DNA of 64,000 bases, from the NCBI GenBank assembly GCA_964247055.1, contig OZ176052.1, positions 5,270,001-5,334,000 on the forward strand. The letters are read 5' to 3'. Position 1 is the stretch's first letter, and each line of letters starts with the position of its first letter. The DNA comes from Paragordius varius. Lineage: Eukaryota > Animalia > Nematomorpha. The notes under the pieces are model-generated. The model did no database searches, was not told the DNA's origin, and worked only from the letters and a program-made list of their open reading frames with translations. The translations under genes and the position numbers were made by a program. Positions 41,701 through 53,100 of this stretch are shown piece by piece.

Positions 41701-44125
41701 GCGTATCAATGCTTCTTTCTAAGATTGCAATGATCATAAAATATAAAAAACGATAATGACTGCACTAGGGTTGTGCTGATCAAGTCATGACCTGGTCAAT
41801 TGATTGGGGCATGACTTGGTCAGTGACTATGTATTTTTTGACCATAGTCATTTAAAAACAGCTGTTTTTGACAAATTGCTCGTATTTTTTTTGATGAAAC
41901 ATAGTAAGATTTTATTGTTTTTTAAGATATTTTTTTAAAAAATAAAAATTAAATAATAAAATATGCTTATTTAACAATATATAAAAATTGTTAAACAAGC
42001 ATCCTTATAATATTAGCATTTAAGCATATACAGTTATTATTAAAAACAAAACATCAAGAACTTTGCAAAACATGCAATTATTCTATATATGTGAACCAAT
42101 AAAATGAAACATTCTATAGTTGGATATTTTTATGATGAAAGAAAATATCCAATATTAAAAGCTATGTTTATGAAGATTCAGAAGGCCACAAACATGTGGC
42201 AAATTCATAACTAATTTCGTGATTAAATTTGATTGAAAATATTTGTAAATAATAAATATTAAAAAAATGTAAAATAAACTTTTAAGAAAAAATATGATAT
42301 AACGCAGGTGTAATTCGAACATTATTTTGACAATCCAATATATGATACATGATTAAGCTAACAGTGGTCATGGCCGTGGTCATTACCATGATCTGACTGG
42401 GGTTAACCGGACTTTTTTGCAAAAGCAGTCAATGCACAACCCTAGTCTGCACATTATTTTAATATTTTATCTGAGCTAAGATATAAATGGAAAATTCAAG
42501 GGAATAATAAATTTTTTAATTACTAAAATTTTAGTAAAAAAACCATATTCGCTTAATGTATAAATTTAAAATAAAAATTGTACAAGTCTAAAAGCGAAAA
42601 TTTTAGTTGATAAGATACTAAGGCGATATCAAATTATATCAAAATGTTTAATATTATTAAATATTTTTATGAATTTATGAACACTTCAATATATTTTAAA
42701 AACCTAAACAAAGATGCTAAATTTAAGTTTTCAAAGAAATGTGTGGGGTCCAAAATAAATTGTGATGCAAAATCTAGCACACATATTTTATCCCTAAAAT
42801 ACAAGTTTTTGTGTTCATTTTAAGAGTACTGTCTTATCTCGGAAAGACTCATTTAGAAACTTATGTTTATACAAAAATAATACGATAATAGACAAAATTG
42901 TTTTGCATTTTAAATATAATTGAAATAAATTATTAACTTTTGAATAAACATAAACAATTAGCTTCTAACCAAAAAAGATTATTTAGGAATAAATTTTACG
43001 ATTTTGTGATTTTAAGCATTTGTCATAAAAGTTGATATAACTTTTATAAATGACTCTGACCGAAAGCTAATAACACGATGAGCTTTAGTCATTTTATTAC
43101 CAGAAATATATATATTGATATTTTTTGTGCGCATTGTGTATTCATGTCAGACGACTTCGACGTCATTTTTATTTTACAAAATTTTTGCAAAACATCGTCT
43201 TCATTTAATTTTAAGGGTAAATTTAAAGCTAATTCATCTAACATTGATAGATATAGAAAAAGAGGTATATTTTGTATTATTTTTCAATTTTACCATTGCA
43301 CACATGTCACGTTAACTAAATTTTTACCTTTCGGTTTTAGGTTAAAATAAGTAATATCAACTATTTTTTAATAAATTTTTTTATATATTTCGGTTTACTA
43401 AAGTTATATAAGTGCAAAATTTTGCCATGGTTTCGATTCCCATATTTTTAAAAGAATTTAATTTAAACAGCCTGGGGTATTTAACTACCCCAATTTTTGT
43501 CGAAGGACTAAAATGAATGTGTTGTATCCAAGTGTTAATAAAAGTTTAATATTTCATTACGATTTAAAAATCGTTTAAGCTTTCTGGAATTTTAAGTATG
43601 GAAGAATAAAGGTATATTGGTGTACAAATAATTTACAGTTATTACACTCTACATTTGCATAGCTCCGATTGAAACAACAGCTAATTTTTGACATCATTAA
43701 TTAGTAATTTTTGCTGTCAAATTAATTTTTTTAATTATAATATTTTCTATATACTAATTATTTAGCGATTTAACAAAAAATCCTGAACTAAATATTTGTG
43801 TAAATTTGATATTCGGATTTTTTTACAGTTATTTTTTGAAAAAATATTTTTTGGGATAATACCATAATAAGTCATATGCATAGTGATACTGAATAATATA
43901 TTTAAAGTGATATTTGATTTTGAACTCTGGGGTTAATCTTCAAAAATTATTAAATGTTATGGATTGAATATAACCAATTAGCTCTTATATTTTTTAAAGG
44001 ACATTGATGATTGATTTATATACAGAATCCTTGGTGTTATGCAAAACTTTGAAGATTTTTCAGAAATTTGGGACTGTGATACTTGCTATGAAAAACTTAA
44101 TTCTCAGTGTAAGCTGTGGGAATAG
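27909..44125 (+). CDS. M13 family (neprilysin/ECE-like) zinc metallopeptidase A, 16 exons, 715 aa, predicted secreted
   Basis: Exons 27909-27951, 30754-30933, 31749-32269, 32343-32456, 32533-32675, 32782-33004, 34125-34223, 34306-34499, 37791-37852, 37889-37952, 38255-38322, 38601-38722, 38790-38855, 38890-38961, 39125-39201 and 44026-44125 total 2148 nt, in frame, GT-AG. Motifs DPCTDFHAYACGNW, ANAYY, AHEIFHG (HExxH), ENLPD (ExxxD), FLLAFTQ, DPHSAPKFR and terminal CKLW. Exon 1 (MLTNLLLILILTVT) is the least certain. Confidence 0.9.
28560..29089. mobile_element. MITE, TACCATTT family type 2
   Basis: TA|TACCATTTGTAC...TGCAAATGGTA|TA with TTCAAGGACCAACTTGAA-type 21-bp repeats at both ends. Confidence 0.82.
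30176..30682. mobile_element. MITE, TACCATTT family type 2 (left end eroded)
   Basis: 21-bp repeats at 30181-30250 and 30615-30675; right end GTGCAAATGGTA|TA. Confidence 0.7.
33481..33801. mobile_element. MITE, TACCATTT family type 1
   Basis: TA|TACCATTTACAC...GGTAAATGGTA|TA with TTCAA..CACCCTTGAA repeats. Confidence 0.78.
35375..37640. mobile_element. Fold-back/long-TIR MITE copy 2, interrupted by a 1.2-kb insertion
   Basis: Left end ATGTATCAAGATTATCTAGGTGCTTTTAGTTTTGGC matches the family; family sequence stops at 36163 and resumes at 37368. Outer boundaries approximate. Confidence 0.62.
36164..37367 (-). mobile_element. 1.2-kb insertion with 11-bp TSD, probable retroelement fragment (LINE/Penelope-like)
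   Basis: GCTTTAAATTT at 36153-36163 and 37368-37378; GC-richer than the flanks; short tandem CAAGTAAG-CAAGTAA at one end; weak GIY-YIG-like peptide on the minus strand. The family call is inference. Confidence 0.55.
39618..40336. mobile_element. piggyBac-like MITE, full length
   Basis: TTAA|CACTTGG...CCAAGTG|TTAA with long imperfect subterminal inverted repeats (TTTCAGTCC..AATTGGGG.AGTT..ATACCCCAGGC). Confidence 0.8.
40505..41177. mobile_element. MITE, TACCATTT family type 2, with expanded 21-bp arrays
   Basis: TA|TACCATTTGCAC...GTACAAATGGTA|TA; ~8 copies of GTTCAAGGACCAACTTGAAAT at 41000-41168 and ~5 inverted copies at 40520-40632. Confidence 0.88.
41766..42444. mobile_element. hAT-type MITE (TAGGGTTGTGC TIR), copy 2
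   Basis: TAGGGTTGTGC...GCACAACCCTA; TSD GACTGCAC/GTCTGCAC (7/8); colinear with 10543-11236. Confidence 0.87.
43200..43534 (-). mobile_element. piggyBac-like MITE, reverse-oriented partial copy
   Basis: GAATGTGTTGTATCCAAGTG|TTAA is the reverse complement of the 22497/39618 start; inner boundary approximate. Confidence 0.65.
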
Positions 44126-44998
44126 ACATGTGATATTATTGTATAAAATTTAGTAAAATAAATAGATTAGTGCATTAAAATTATTAAAAGAAAGGAAAAG
44201 AATTTAAATTAAATTATTATGAATATGTATTATTATGTAGCAATTTTTTAAAGTTAATTAAGCTTGGGTTAATCTTCGAAAAGGACCAAATAAAGTATTA
44301 GTGATAGGGTTAATATAACCATTCATACGAGCAGTAAAACTATTTTTCAAAAAGAAGAAATATTATATTGGTTATGGGGTTCGTTGATTAACTAATAGAG
44401 GATAAGCATAAGCAAATATGGATTTTTTTTGTCTTTCTGCACACACAAAATGTACAATTTAAGCACGAATACATACTTTACATACAAAGTACCCTCTGGG
44501 ATAACCCCCTTATAATGAGCTTTTTAACTAAACACAGCATTCCTAATTACTTCAGACGGATCATCCTGTATTTTTTCAATTTTTAAATGAGATCCTAATT
44601 TTTTAATTATAATCGTTCAAAGTTGAGTACATCCTCCCAAAATCTACTGGGTATTTTGAAATTCTCATTCATTTTAAAATAATTTTATAATATCCATATT
44701 GGAGTATAAATTATTTTTATATAAATACATATTTATTTAATAAAATTTTATTATGATTATATTTAAATCAAAATATTTAATTATATATTTTTTACAAAGA
44801 GGGTGATGCGGATACCATTTTCTTTTCATGGGTCATTATGAGAGGGCATACTCGATTATCCATATATGACTTATGGTGAGAGTGTTTGTTTTATGATTTA
44901 AGAAATGGTTTGATCTTAAGGATCATATAAAAATTGTTAAAACAATGGCACATTAAATTTTCAGTTTAAAATAATTCCAAAAATAAAAAAAACAATAA

Positions 44999-46116
44999 CA
45001 CTAGACAACAAATTTTTCTGCCATTCGAGTTTTTTGCATTTTTTGATATTTAATATCATTTTAACAGTAAATCTGAAATAAAAATTATAACTCGTTGGAA
45101 GAATTTTGTATAATTTGATTTTTTTGATTATGCGCCCTCTTTATCAAAATTTTACTAAAAAATGTTTTTCTTTGAAAACATACAAGTAATGCCCATTTGT
45201 AATATATCATTCGAAAGAGTATTAAAAACTCTATAAAATGTATACTAATATGTATTACATCGACAGTTAATATTGGACACAAAGAGCGACAAAGGCGCGA
45301 AGCGAGAGCATTTTTTTTAATTGTTATATTTTTAAAACTAATGGATGAAAATAGCTCAAACTTTGTTTAGATGGAGATGAATGTTCAAAAAAGATAACAC
45401 AAGAAAGTTTTTTTTGATAAAAACATTTTTTATTGCTTTTACGTCACTCAAAACAGCCATTTTTAAGTTTTTTGTTTTGTAAAAATTACCATCTCATCAA
45501 TATTAATTTATTTTCTTTACAAGGCTGATAATTTCGAAAATTTAAAGATAAAAACAAAGTTTAATGTATTTTTAATCTTTTACCATTATGTAATAAATTT
45601 ACAGTTATAACTATGCATTTTAGTATCCACTAGGTAAAATATTTTTGATAATAATAATTTTTATTAAAAAAGCAAACCAAAAGCTTTTCCAAATATTTTT
45701 TTTTTAATTTAAATACTATAACCCTAATAATTATATTAAAATAATTTATATGATTTTCAAATTAGTTTGTCTGTAAAAATTCTTGACTTATTTAAGGATT
45801 GAAAATTTTGACCATTTAAATCCAAATAACTTTTACATCCGATGGATTTAAATGACTTACTACCATTTAAAAGATGCAGTTTTTTGCGCTCTTTCGAATG
45901 ATATGAAATACATGGCTTCATATCTAAAACTTTAAATTTTCGAAATTTTGAGTTTAATGTTAAATCGGGGCCAAAAATTATCGATAAACTCTAATATAAA
46001 AAAATTCTTCCATGTAAGACCAATTTTCTTTTCAGATATACTAATTATGTACTTTAATGAAATAAATTTTAAATTTACAATGGCAGTTAAAAAAAGTTAA
46101 AATTTGTTGTCTAGTG
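44999..46116. mobile_element. CACTA/EnSpm-type MITE, copy 1
   Basis: TAA|CACTAGACAACAAATTTT...AAAATTTGTTGTCTAGTG|TAA (18-bp TIR, 3-bp TSD). Confidence 0.82.
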
Positions 46117-46779
46117 TAATCTGTTATTATGTTGCATAAAGTTTTTATAATTAAATTAATTTTATTGAGAATGAAATCTTTTAATAATATATTTCGTTCA
46201 ATAAATGTCTTTTTTACCCAAATTTAATCTTCTTAGGAAAAGGCCAACTATTTTTATCATGATTTATGATAAATATCTTCCATTGGCAGGCACATTTTGA
46301 TTATAACTTTTAATTTGTTTGAAGAAAATTTATATTAAATATATACTTCAGCTTAACACAAAGTTATTCAAACCCTTATAATTATAGTATAAAATTTTTA
46401 TACCTCTTTTCATGAAAGATAAATAGGAATTGCAGAACGCTTCTCATGCAAATTCGAAATATGTAAAGTCTATTAAAACTTGTTATTAACCAATCTGAAA
46501 TACTCTAAATTTATCAACCATAACTATTCTTAGGTATTTATATAAATGGATATAGCGATAACTTGTAATGAGATTAAACAATGCTATGATCTCGCAGTTT
46601 CCTGAATAATTTAAAATTGTCTCAAAATAATCTAAATATCTTAATAAATTTATTAGATTTTTAATAATTAGCAAATATAATTAGCTAAATGGTTACAGAA
46701 CCCAAAAAATATATCGTAATAGTAAAAACATATGAAATTTTAATTTTACACGAATTGATATAACAATTAGTTGGAATAA

Positions 46780-47129
46780 ACGTTAACTCAGATATTTATT
46801 CAACCTTATTTATTTGCAAAGTGTAAAAATAAATATTTCAATTAAAAATTTGGATATCTCACCCACATTACAGCGCGAGTGATATGTAACTCCTTACTTT
46901 AACTAAATTTTATATAGTTGCTAAAAATAAATCAGTTAGATATATATGCCCATATCAATTTTGTCGATTCGTAACCTTGTTGTACTCAGGGTAATCAAAT
47001 ATTTATTTAAATATTCTTATCTTCTAATATTGATTTAGAGTACCAACTCCTAAACTTTGATACCTTAACTTATTTTATATATTTCTCTCATTTTATCAAA
47101 TTTTTAAAATTCAAGAATTTTACTGGCCA
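46780..47129 (+). promoter_or_regulatory. Putative promoter/5'UTR block a of M13-B (duplicated at ~48400-48783)
   Basis: About 350 bp upstream of signal exon 1a is colinear with the sequence upstream of exon 1b (e.g. CAACC.TA.TTATTTGCAAA, ATATC.CACCCA.ATTA.AGCGC, CGATTTTGTCGATT, AATATTGATTTAGA). The function is inferred from position. Confidence 0.5.
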
Positions 47130-50100
47130 ATGTTAATTAGATTATTTATAATTTGCGCTCTATCCGTTACAGGTAATTGTATAAATTAAAACATACTTTA
47201 CACTTTTTTTATTAATTAATTAATCCATACTTTTCACAATTTTTTGCATAAAAAGTGTCTGAATATAATTTTTTAACTGAAAATTTAATAAAAAAATATT
47301 GTAAATACTAGTTCGCTCTATTAAATAGAACGTGAAACTCTTGGGAACATTCTGCACATTCTTAAGACATTCAATCCTTTGTCGCATTTAAAGCTATTAG
47401 AGTAATATTAAAATTTTTACAGTTCTCTAACTTTTCGACTTCAAAAGTGGGATAGCTCTGAAACCCGATTAAAATTAACAACTGATTTTAAAATCAATAG
47501 ATATCAAAAATTTGCTGTTATAATGTAAATTGAAATTTAAAGTTAAGTATTTACATTTACATAAAATATTGTTAGCCTGTTGTGTTAGCGATAAAAAAAT
47601 CCATATATAAAATGGTGCCATAAAAGTTGGAGATGAGGGTTTTTACGTTACATTTTTTTATGTTTTATAATTATGAGCCTAAAAGGCTAAATGCATGTTT
47701 TTAATTTCTCCGTATTTATATAATATTATAAAATATTTGGATTCTCTCATGTAACGAACCGTATCTTATTTTTCAGAATATAACTGTTTTGAAATAGCAT
47801 AATTCTTTACAGGTAAATATAATATACAGTTATAATTGTTAAACTGATAAAACGAATAAATTATAAAAAACAACCATATAGCCATGCTAAAACCAACCTA
47901 TCGTTTTGAGTTGCGAAATAAGCAATAAAGATGAAATTGGTAATGGAACCTTTTTATTAAGACGTAAAAAAGTATTGTTTTAAATTATAACCATCTTTAT
48001 ATTTTACGTTTGCTTGTATAATATAATTTTAACTAAAACTACACATCTACCACTGTCTCTGTGTCTAAAGGCCAGGAGCGTCTATAAAATATCTGTGAAT
48101 TATACCGATCGATATATTTATTGAGATGAGCCTTTCCTAATTCGTTAAAAAATTATGTTTTACACAACTAATTTAAAAATACTAAAAATTCTAATATATT
48201 CTCAGTTTGAACTTTTAAATGAAGGAAAATTAAATATTTTATAGCGTGTTGTAATACCGGTACATTTAATTATTTTATAGCTAATTAAAAAATCCCGTAT
48301 ATATCTGAATCTTTTAAAATTGGAGATAAGTTTTTATAGGCTAGTAAAATAACTCCAAGTAAAAGATCAAAATAATTTATTTCATTTTTATTTCAGCTTA
48401 ATTAACATTCAAGTCTTTACTCAACCCTAATTTATTTGCAAACTTTAAAAATAAAAATTTTGATTAAAATTTTAGATATATCACCCATATTAGAGCGCTA
48501 ATTATATGTAAACCCTTATCTTCACTCGCCACCTCAATCTTTATGTGATTGTTTGCTAAAAATATGTCAGTTAAATTTTAGCCCAAATCGATTTTGTCGA
48601 TTTGTAACCTACTTAGATTCAGGTTAATCAAATATTTGTTTGATAATTCCACTTTATATTCACTATTTTTAGACTCCAAATATTGATTTAGATTACCCGA
48701 TCTACAACTTTTATCACTCAGCCTATTTTATAGATCATTGCTGTCATTTTATTAATTTTTAAAGAATCATCCAGTTTTCGCTAATGCTAACTTTGTTTTT
48801 GATTTCCATTTTATCCGTTTCAGGTTAATTATCATACACTGCGCCTAAAATCGCGGGGTTCAAAAAATATTATGATATATGTTTTCTGATAGGAAAATGT
48901 ATCAGGAAGATATTTTGGTTTTGACTCTTACCAAATATATAAGAAAGTTAAAATTTTGTGGTAACTCTATATCAGGAAAAGGCTAAATTTGCGCACATTT
49001 TATAAAATAATTTTATTGGCAAAAGTTAATTGCTATTTGAAAAATATTACAAAATATTCCATAAACTACAAAAAAGCTAAACAATATTTTTATATATAAT
49101 GTTTTAGTAGACTCCCAAAGTTCCAAATTTTCCCGCTCTCTAAAAGGTCGAGTTTTTAAAATAAACGGAAAATGGCGCGTTGTGATATATATTTTTTATT
49201 GCTAGATTATGGCATCAAATAAACATATTTATAAAAAAATGTATATTATGTTCAAAAATTCAATTGTTAACGCAATTAGTTGAAGCGTATTATATACTAA
49301 TTTGAGGCATAACGGAAATGGTATAAAAACGCTCTAATATATACAAACATTTTTATATAATTTGCTGATGCTGAACATGTCTCACCTCATAATTATCGTT
49401 TAAAGGTTCGCTTGCTTTTAAATTTGGGTGAATTTTGAACAAATTTTTTATCGAAATTTCGAGATGATAGAAATGTTCACCATATAATATAAAAATTGTT
49501 TTATCATCTTAATCATTTTTATCATGCCTGAAAATAGTATGAGGTACGCTTCAACAAAATATTGCTATAGTAAGCATTTTTAAAGATAATGTTTTTTGAT
49601 CCCATCATATATTGTAATTTTCCTTCTCGAAAACTCGGAATTTTTGCATTTATTTTAAAAGGACTGCCCTCTTGAAGAGCGCAAAAATTTGGAACATTCG
49701 CCCACGTGTAAAATTTAAAATTTTATAAAAATATTATTTTGCTTTTTATGTGTAATATATTTGGGTGATATTTTTTGGAATGAAGTATTTAGTTTTAACA
49801 ATAATTAAACGATATATGCGAAATTTTGTCATTTTCTGATAAGCAGCAGTTACCACAAAAGTATTTGCAGAGGCGTACCGATGGGGGGGCAAGGGGGTGC
49901 ATCATGCCCCGGGCGCCGTTATTTAGGGGCGCCTAAAGGATTTTTTTAAATTAAATTTAAATTATGCAAAAATAATAAAAACAATCAAGTAAGATTTTTC
50001 AGCAACTTAAGTAATCTCTAAAATAATATAAAATTTATATAAATGAGATCAAGATCAAACTAAAAAAACAACTTTCATTATTCTCAACATGTGCAAACTT

Positions 50101-53100
50101 ATTTTTTTCGCTTAAAAAACGTTTCATTATTTCTCACATATTGTTGATTCTTTATTGCCTTTAAAATTATTTTAACTTCTCGCTCTGTTCAAAATCTTAT
50201 CTCTTCTTATAATTTATAATTGCATTTTTATTCATATTCAATTTCAAAACCCAATTTTATTTATTTAAATCCCAAGATCATTTCATCTCTAACAAGGTTA
50301 ATATAGCCTTGTTTTTTTAATAATTACTTTCATTGTCATCATATATCAATGTCTAAACTCAGCGGTTACGCAAATAATATACGAAAAATCCAGGAAGAGT
50401 ATAAAACAAATAAAATGCGAAGGAGTATGAAATCTACTTAACTAAAATATCTGACCCTTACATTGAAAAAGTGTGTGCGATATAAACACCACCCCTTTAT
50501 AATAACTTTAATACACCTGAAACCCTAGTTATTAATCCAATATATAGAGATGAGAAAACTACAAATATACCAAACAAGCGCTATACCTATAGAGTTAAAG
50601 GATGTCGCCCTTTTCTAATAATAATGTTCCTCCCGTAATATTTAATCAGCTTAGTACAGAAGGGTTATTCGTGGATCTCAAGTATATCAAAATAAATGCC
50701 ATCTCTTGAAACAATAAATCATCGTTCAATGCCTCAATCTTGGTTTTCGACGTGTCGGTAAAAAAGAAGGATTTGAAGTTGAGAGGTTTTGGTTTTTATA
50801 TTCACCAAAGAACAGATCTGAGTATTGTTATTGAGGCCTACTTTTCGATCAATCTTATTACATCAAATATTGGCCTGCATGAAATCTCTAATTAACCATA
50901 ATCTCCCTTTTCGAGGAAATGTTGCAAGTTTAATGTATCTAGATCACTCACCAAATCTTGGAAATCTCCTATCTTTAATAAAACTTGTAGCTTGGTTTGA
51001 CCCAATAATGGAAGAACACATGAGAAACATTGACCCTACTAACTCTTTCCTATGTTTTATCCAAAATCCAAAACGAGTTTATACATCTTTTAGCTTCAAG
51101 AGTTAAAGCTAAATTGATCTATGACATAAAAAAGGAAATATTATGAACTTATATTTGATTTAACGCCAGATATAGCGCGAGAACAAATTTCTCAAGTTGC
51201 CAGGTAGGTGTTAATTGATTATGAGAAAAAAAAAGTTGTCATAAAGAAATCCTTTTTGGGTTTTTTCCAGTTATTCAACAAAGACGTAATGTGAGTTGAA
51301 AAGGTAATTTTAGAAAATTTAAATATGGATAATATTCAGTTATCAAATTGTAGATCTCCAATGCTATGATAATGCAGCTGTGATGTTAGGTCACATTTCA
51401 GGCGTTCAACAAAGAATACTGGAAGAAATAAAAGAGCAATTCCTCGAATTTAGTAGGAGTCACGGTAGCAAAACAAGATGTTATTGTTGTGACCTGTTTC
51501 GGAAGAATTGAAAATATCCATCTTTTTTCAACTAGATGGGACCTATTATAAAACAAACTAAAAAAAACTGTTAAGCTTGAGTCTGAAGCCCGATGGAGTG
51601 CTAGAATTCAAGCATTTAATGACAGTGTTGAGCGAAAAGATGATTTGATAGAGCTATTAGAAGATTTAAGTGAAAATACTTCAAATACTAGTGAAACAAG
51701 AAGTAAGGCATCCATTTTATTTCAGAGTGTTTAAATTTTTACCTTTAATTTTTTTTCTATCAAATACTTATAAGAATGGATAGGGTTCAACATGGATTTC
51801 AAGATCTAAAATTAATTTAATAAAGCATTTAAGCACGATATTTTTTTTACTAAATTGTTATATTGGCTTTCAAAAAGATGAGGGGGGAGGGGGCGCCCAA
51901 AGAGTTTTATGCCCCGGGCGTCGCAAATGCTCGGTACGCCACTGAGTATTTGTAGCTTTTTAATATATCATTCCTAGGGTTTAAAGCACCATGATAATGC
52001 TGATAATTTTTATATCCGGATATATATATATATATATATATATTTCATCAAGATAATTTTTGTGACACTTTAAATTAATCATAATCTTTTTTATAAAAAA
52101 GTGATTCAAGGAGCGGTATTTCATATTTAACTGTCCATAATAAAAAAAACATATAACTAATAGTAATAACCTTCATGATAGGTTATTTTAAATATGCATT
52201 TATGTCCCTTAATGCATTTGGTATAATATAATTATTTTGTTTGTGTCTGGTTCGTTCATGCGCATATGTATTGGTTAAAACTATTTTACCTCACTGATCA
52301 TTTAAGGCCGTTAACAATTATGTAAGAAAGCTTTTTCAATCCATTTCTATTATGAGCTTTTACAAATAATTTTGTGGTGAGATTTTGAAGAGATTTGATA
52401 TGTCATCCACAGAGGCACTCGAAGCATTAATCTGTGCCCCCTTCCCCTCTATGCTACCCCTTGTCTAAAAAAATAATCAATTCATATCGCGGTAGTGACC
52501 ACTTATAAATGAGTAATCTTTTTATATATTATTTAAAATAATTACTTTAAAACACCTATTTTTTGAAATAAAATTAAATTTTTTTAGAATGCGGCGCTCC
52601 TTCAACTATGGCGCCCTGTGGATCAGCCCCCCTTTTCCTCCCTCTAGCTATGCCTCTGGTCATCCATTCAATTAATGCTCCGTCCTCTTTTTCTGTTTTT
52701 ACTTTACTTTTTGGTAATAAATTTCATTTAAAGTAATCCCCCGAAATCGTAGTATTTTTTTTGTGATATATGTGACCTAATATAATTAGGATTTTTCATT
52801 ATATTAATGTTGGTTTTTAAAAATCTCTTTATAGTAAATAGATAATTTAATCGCTTTTTAAAGCGATAATTACTAAAAAAGGATTGTTTGAAATTATTTT
52901 AATAAAAGTTACAAACATATTTTAAGCAGACAAATTTATTAGTGAAGTGCGGGTAGCAAGTTGGACGCTCCTGCTTCGTTAATTATTTGCTCATGTATGT
53001 GGTGTATCTTACCAAAAAAAATTTGAGTGAAACCCTAATGTAAAGCGAGGATTGTACTCCCATTTTCAGATTAGCAGCCATATTAAAGTTAATCGGAAGA

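Noticed and set aside
47777-47812. Possible third signal exon or cassette exon (TTTCAG|...TTTACAG|GTAAAT)
   Set aside because: Contains a TAA in the required frame and has no in-frame ATG.
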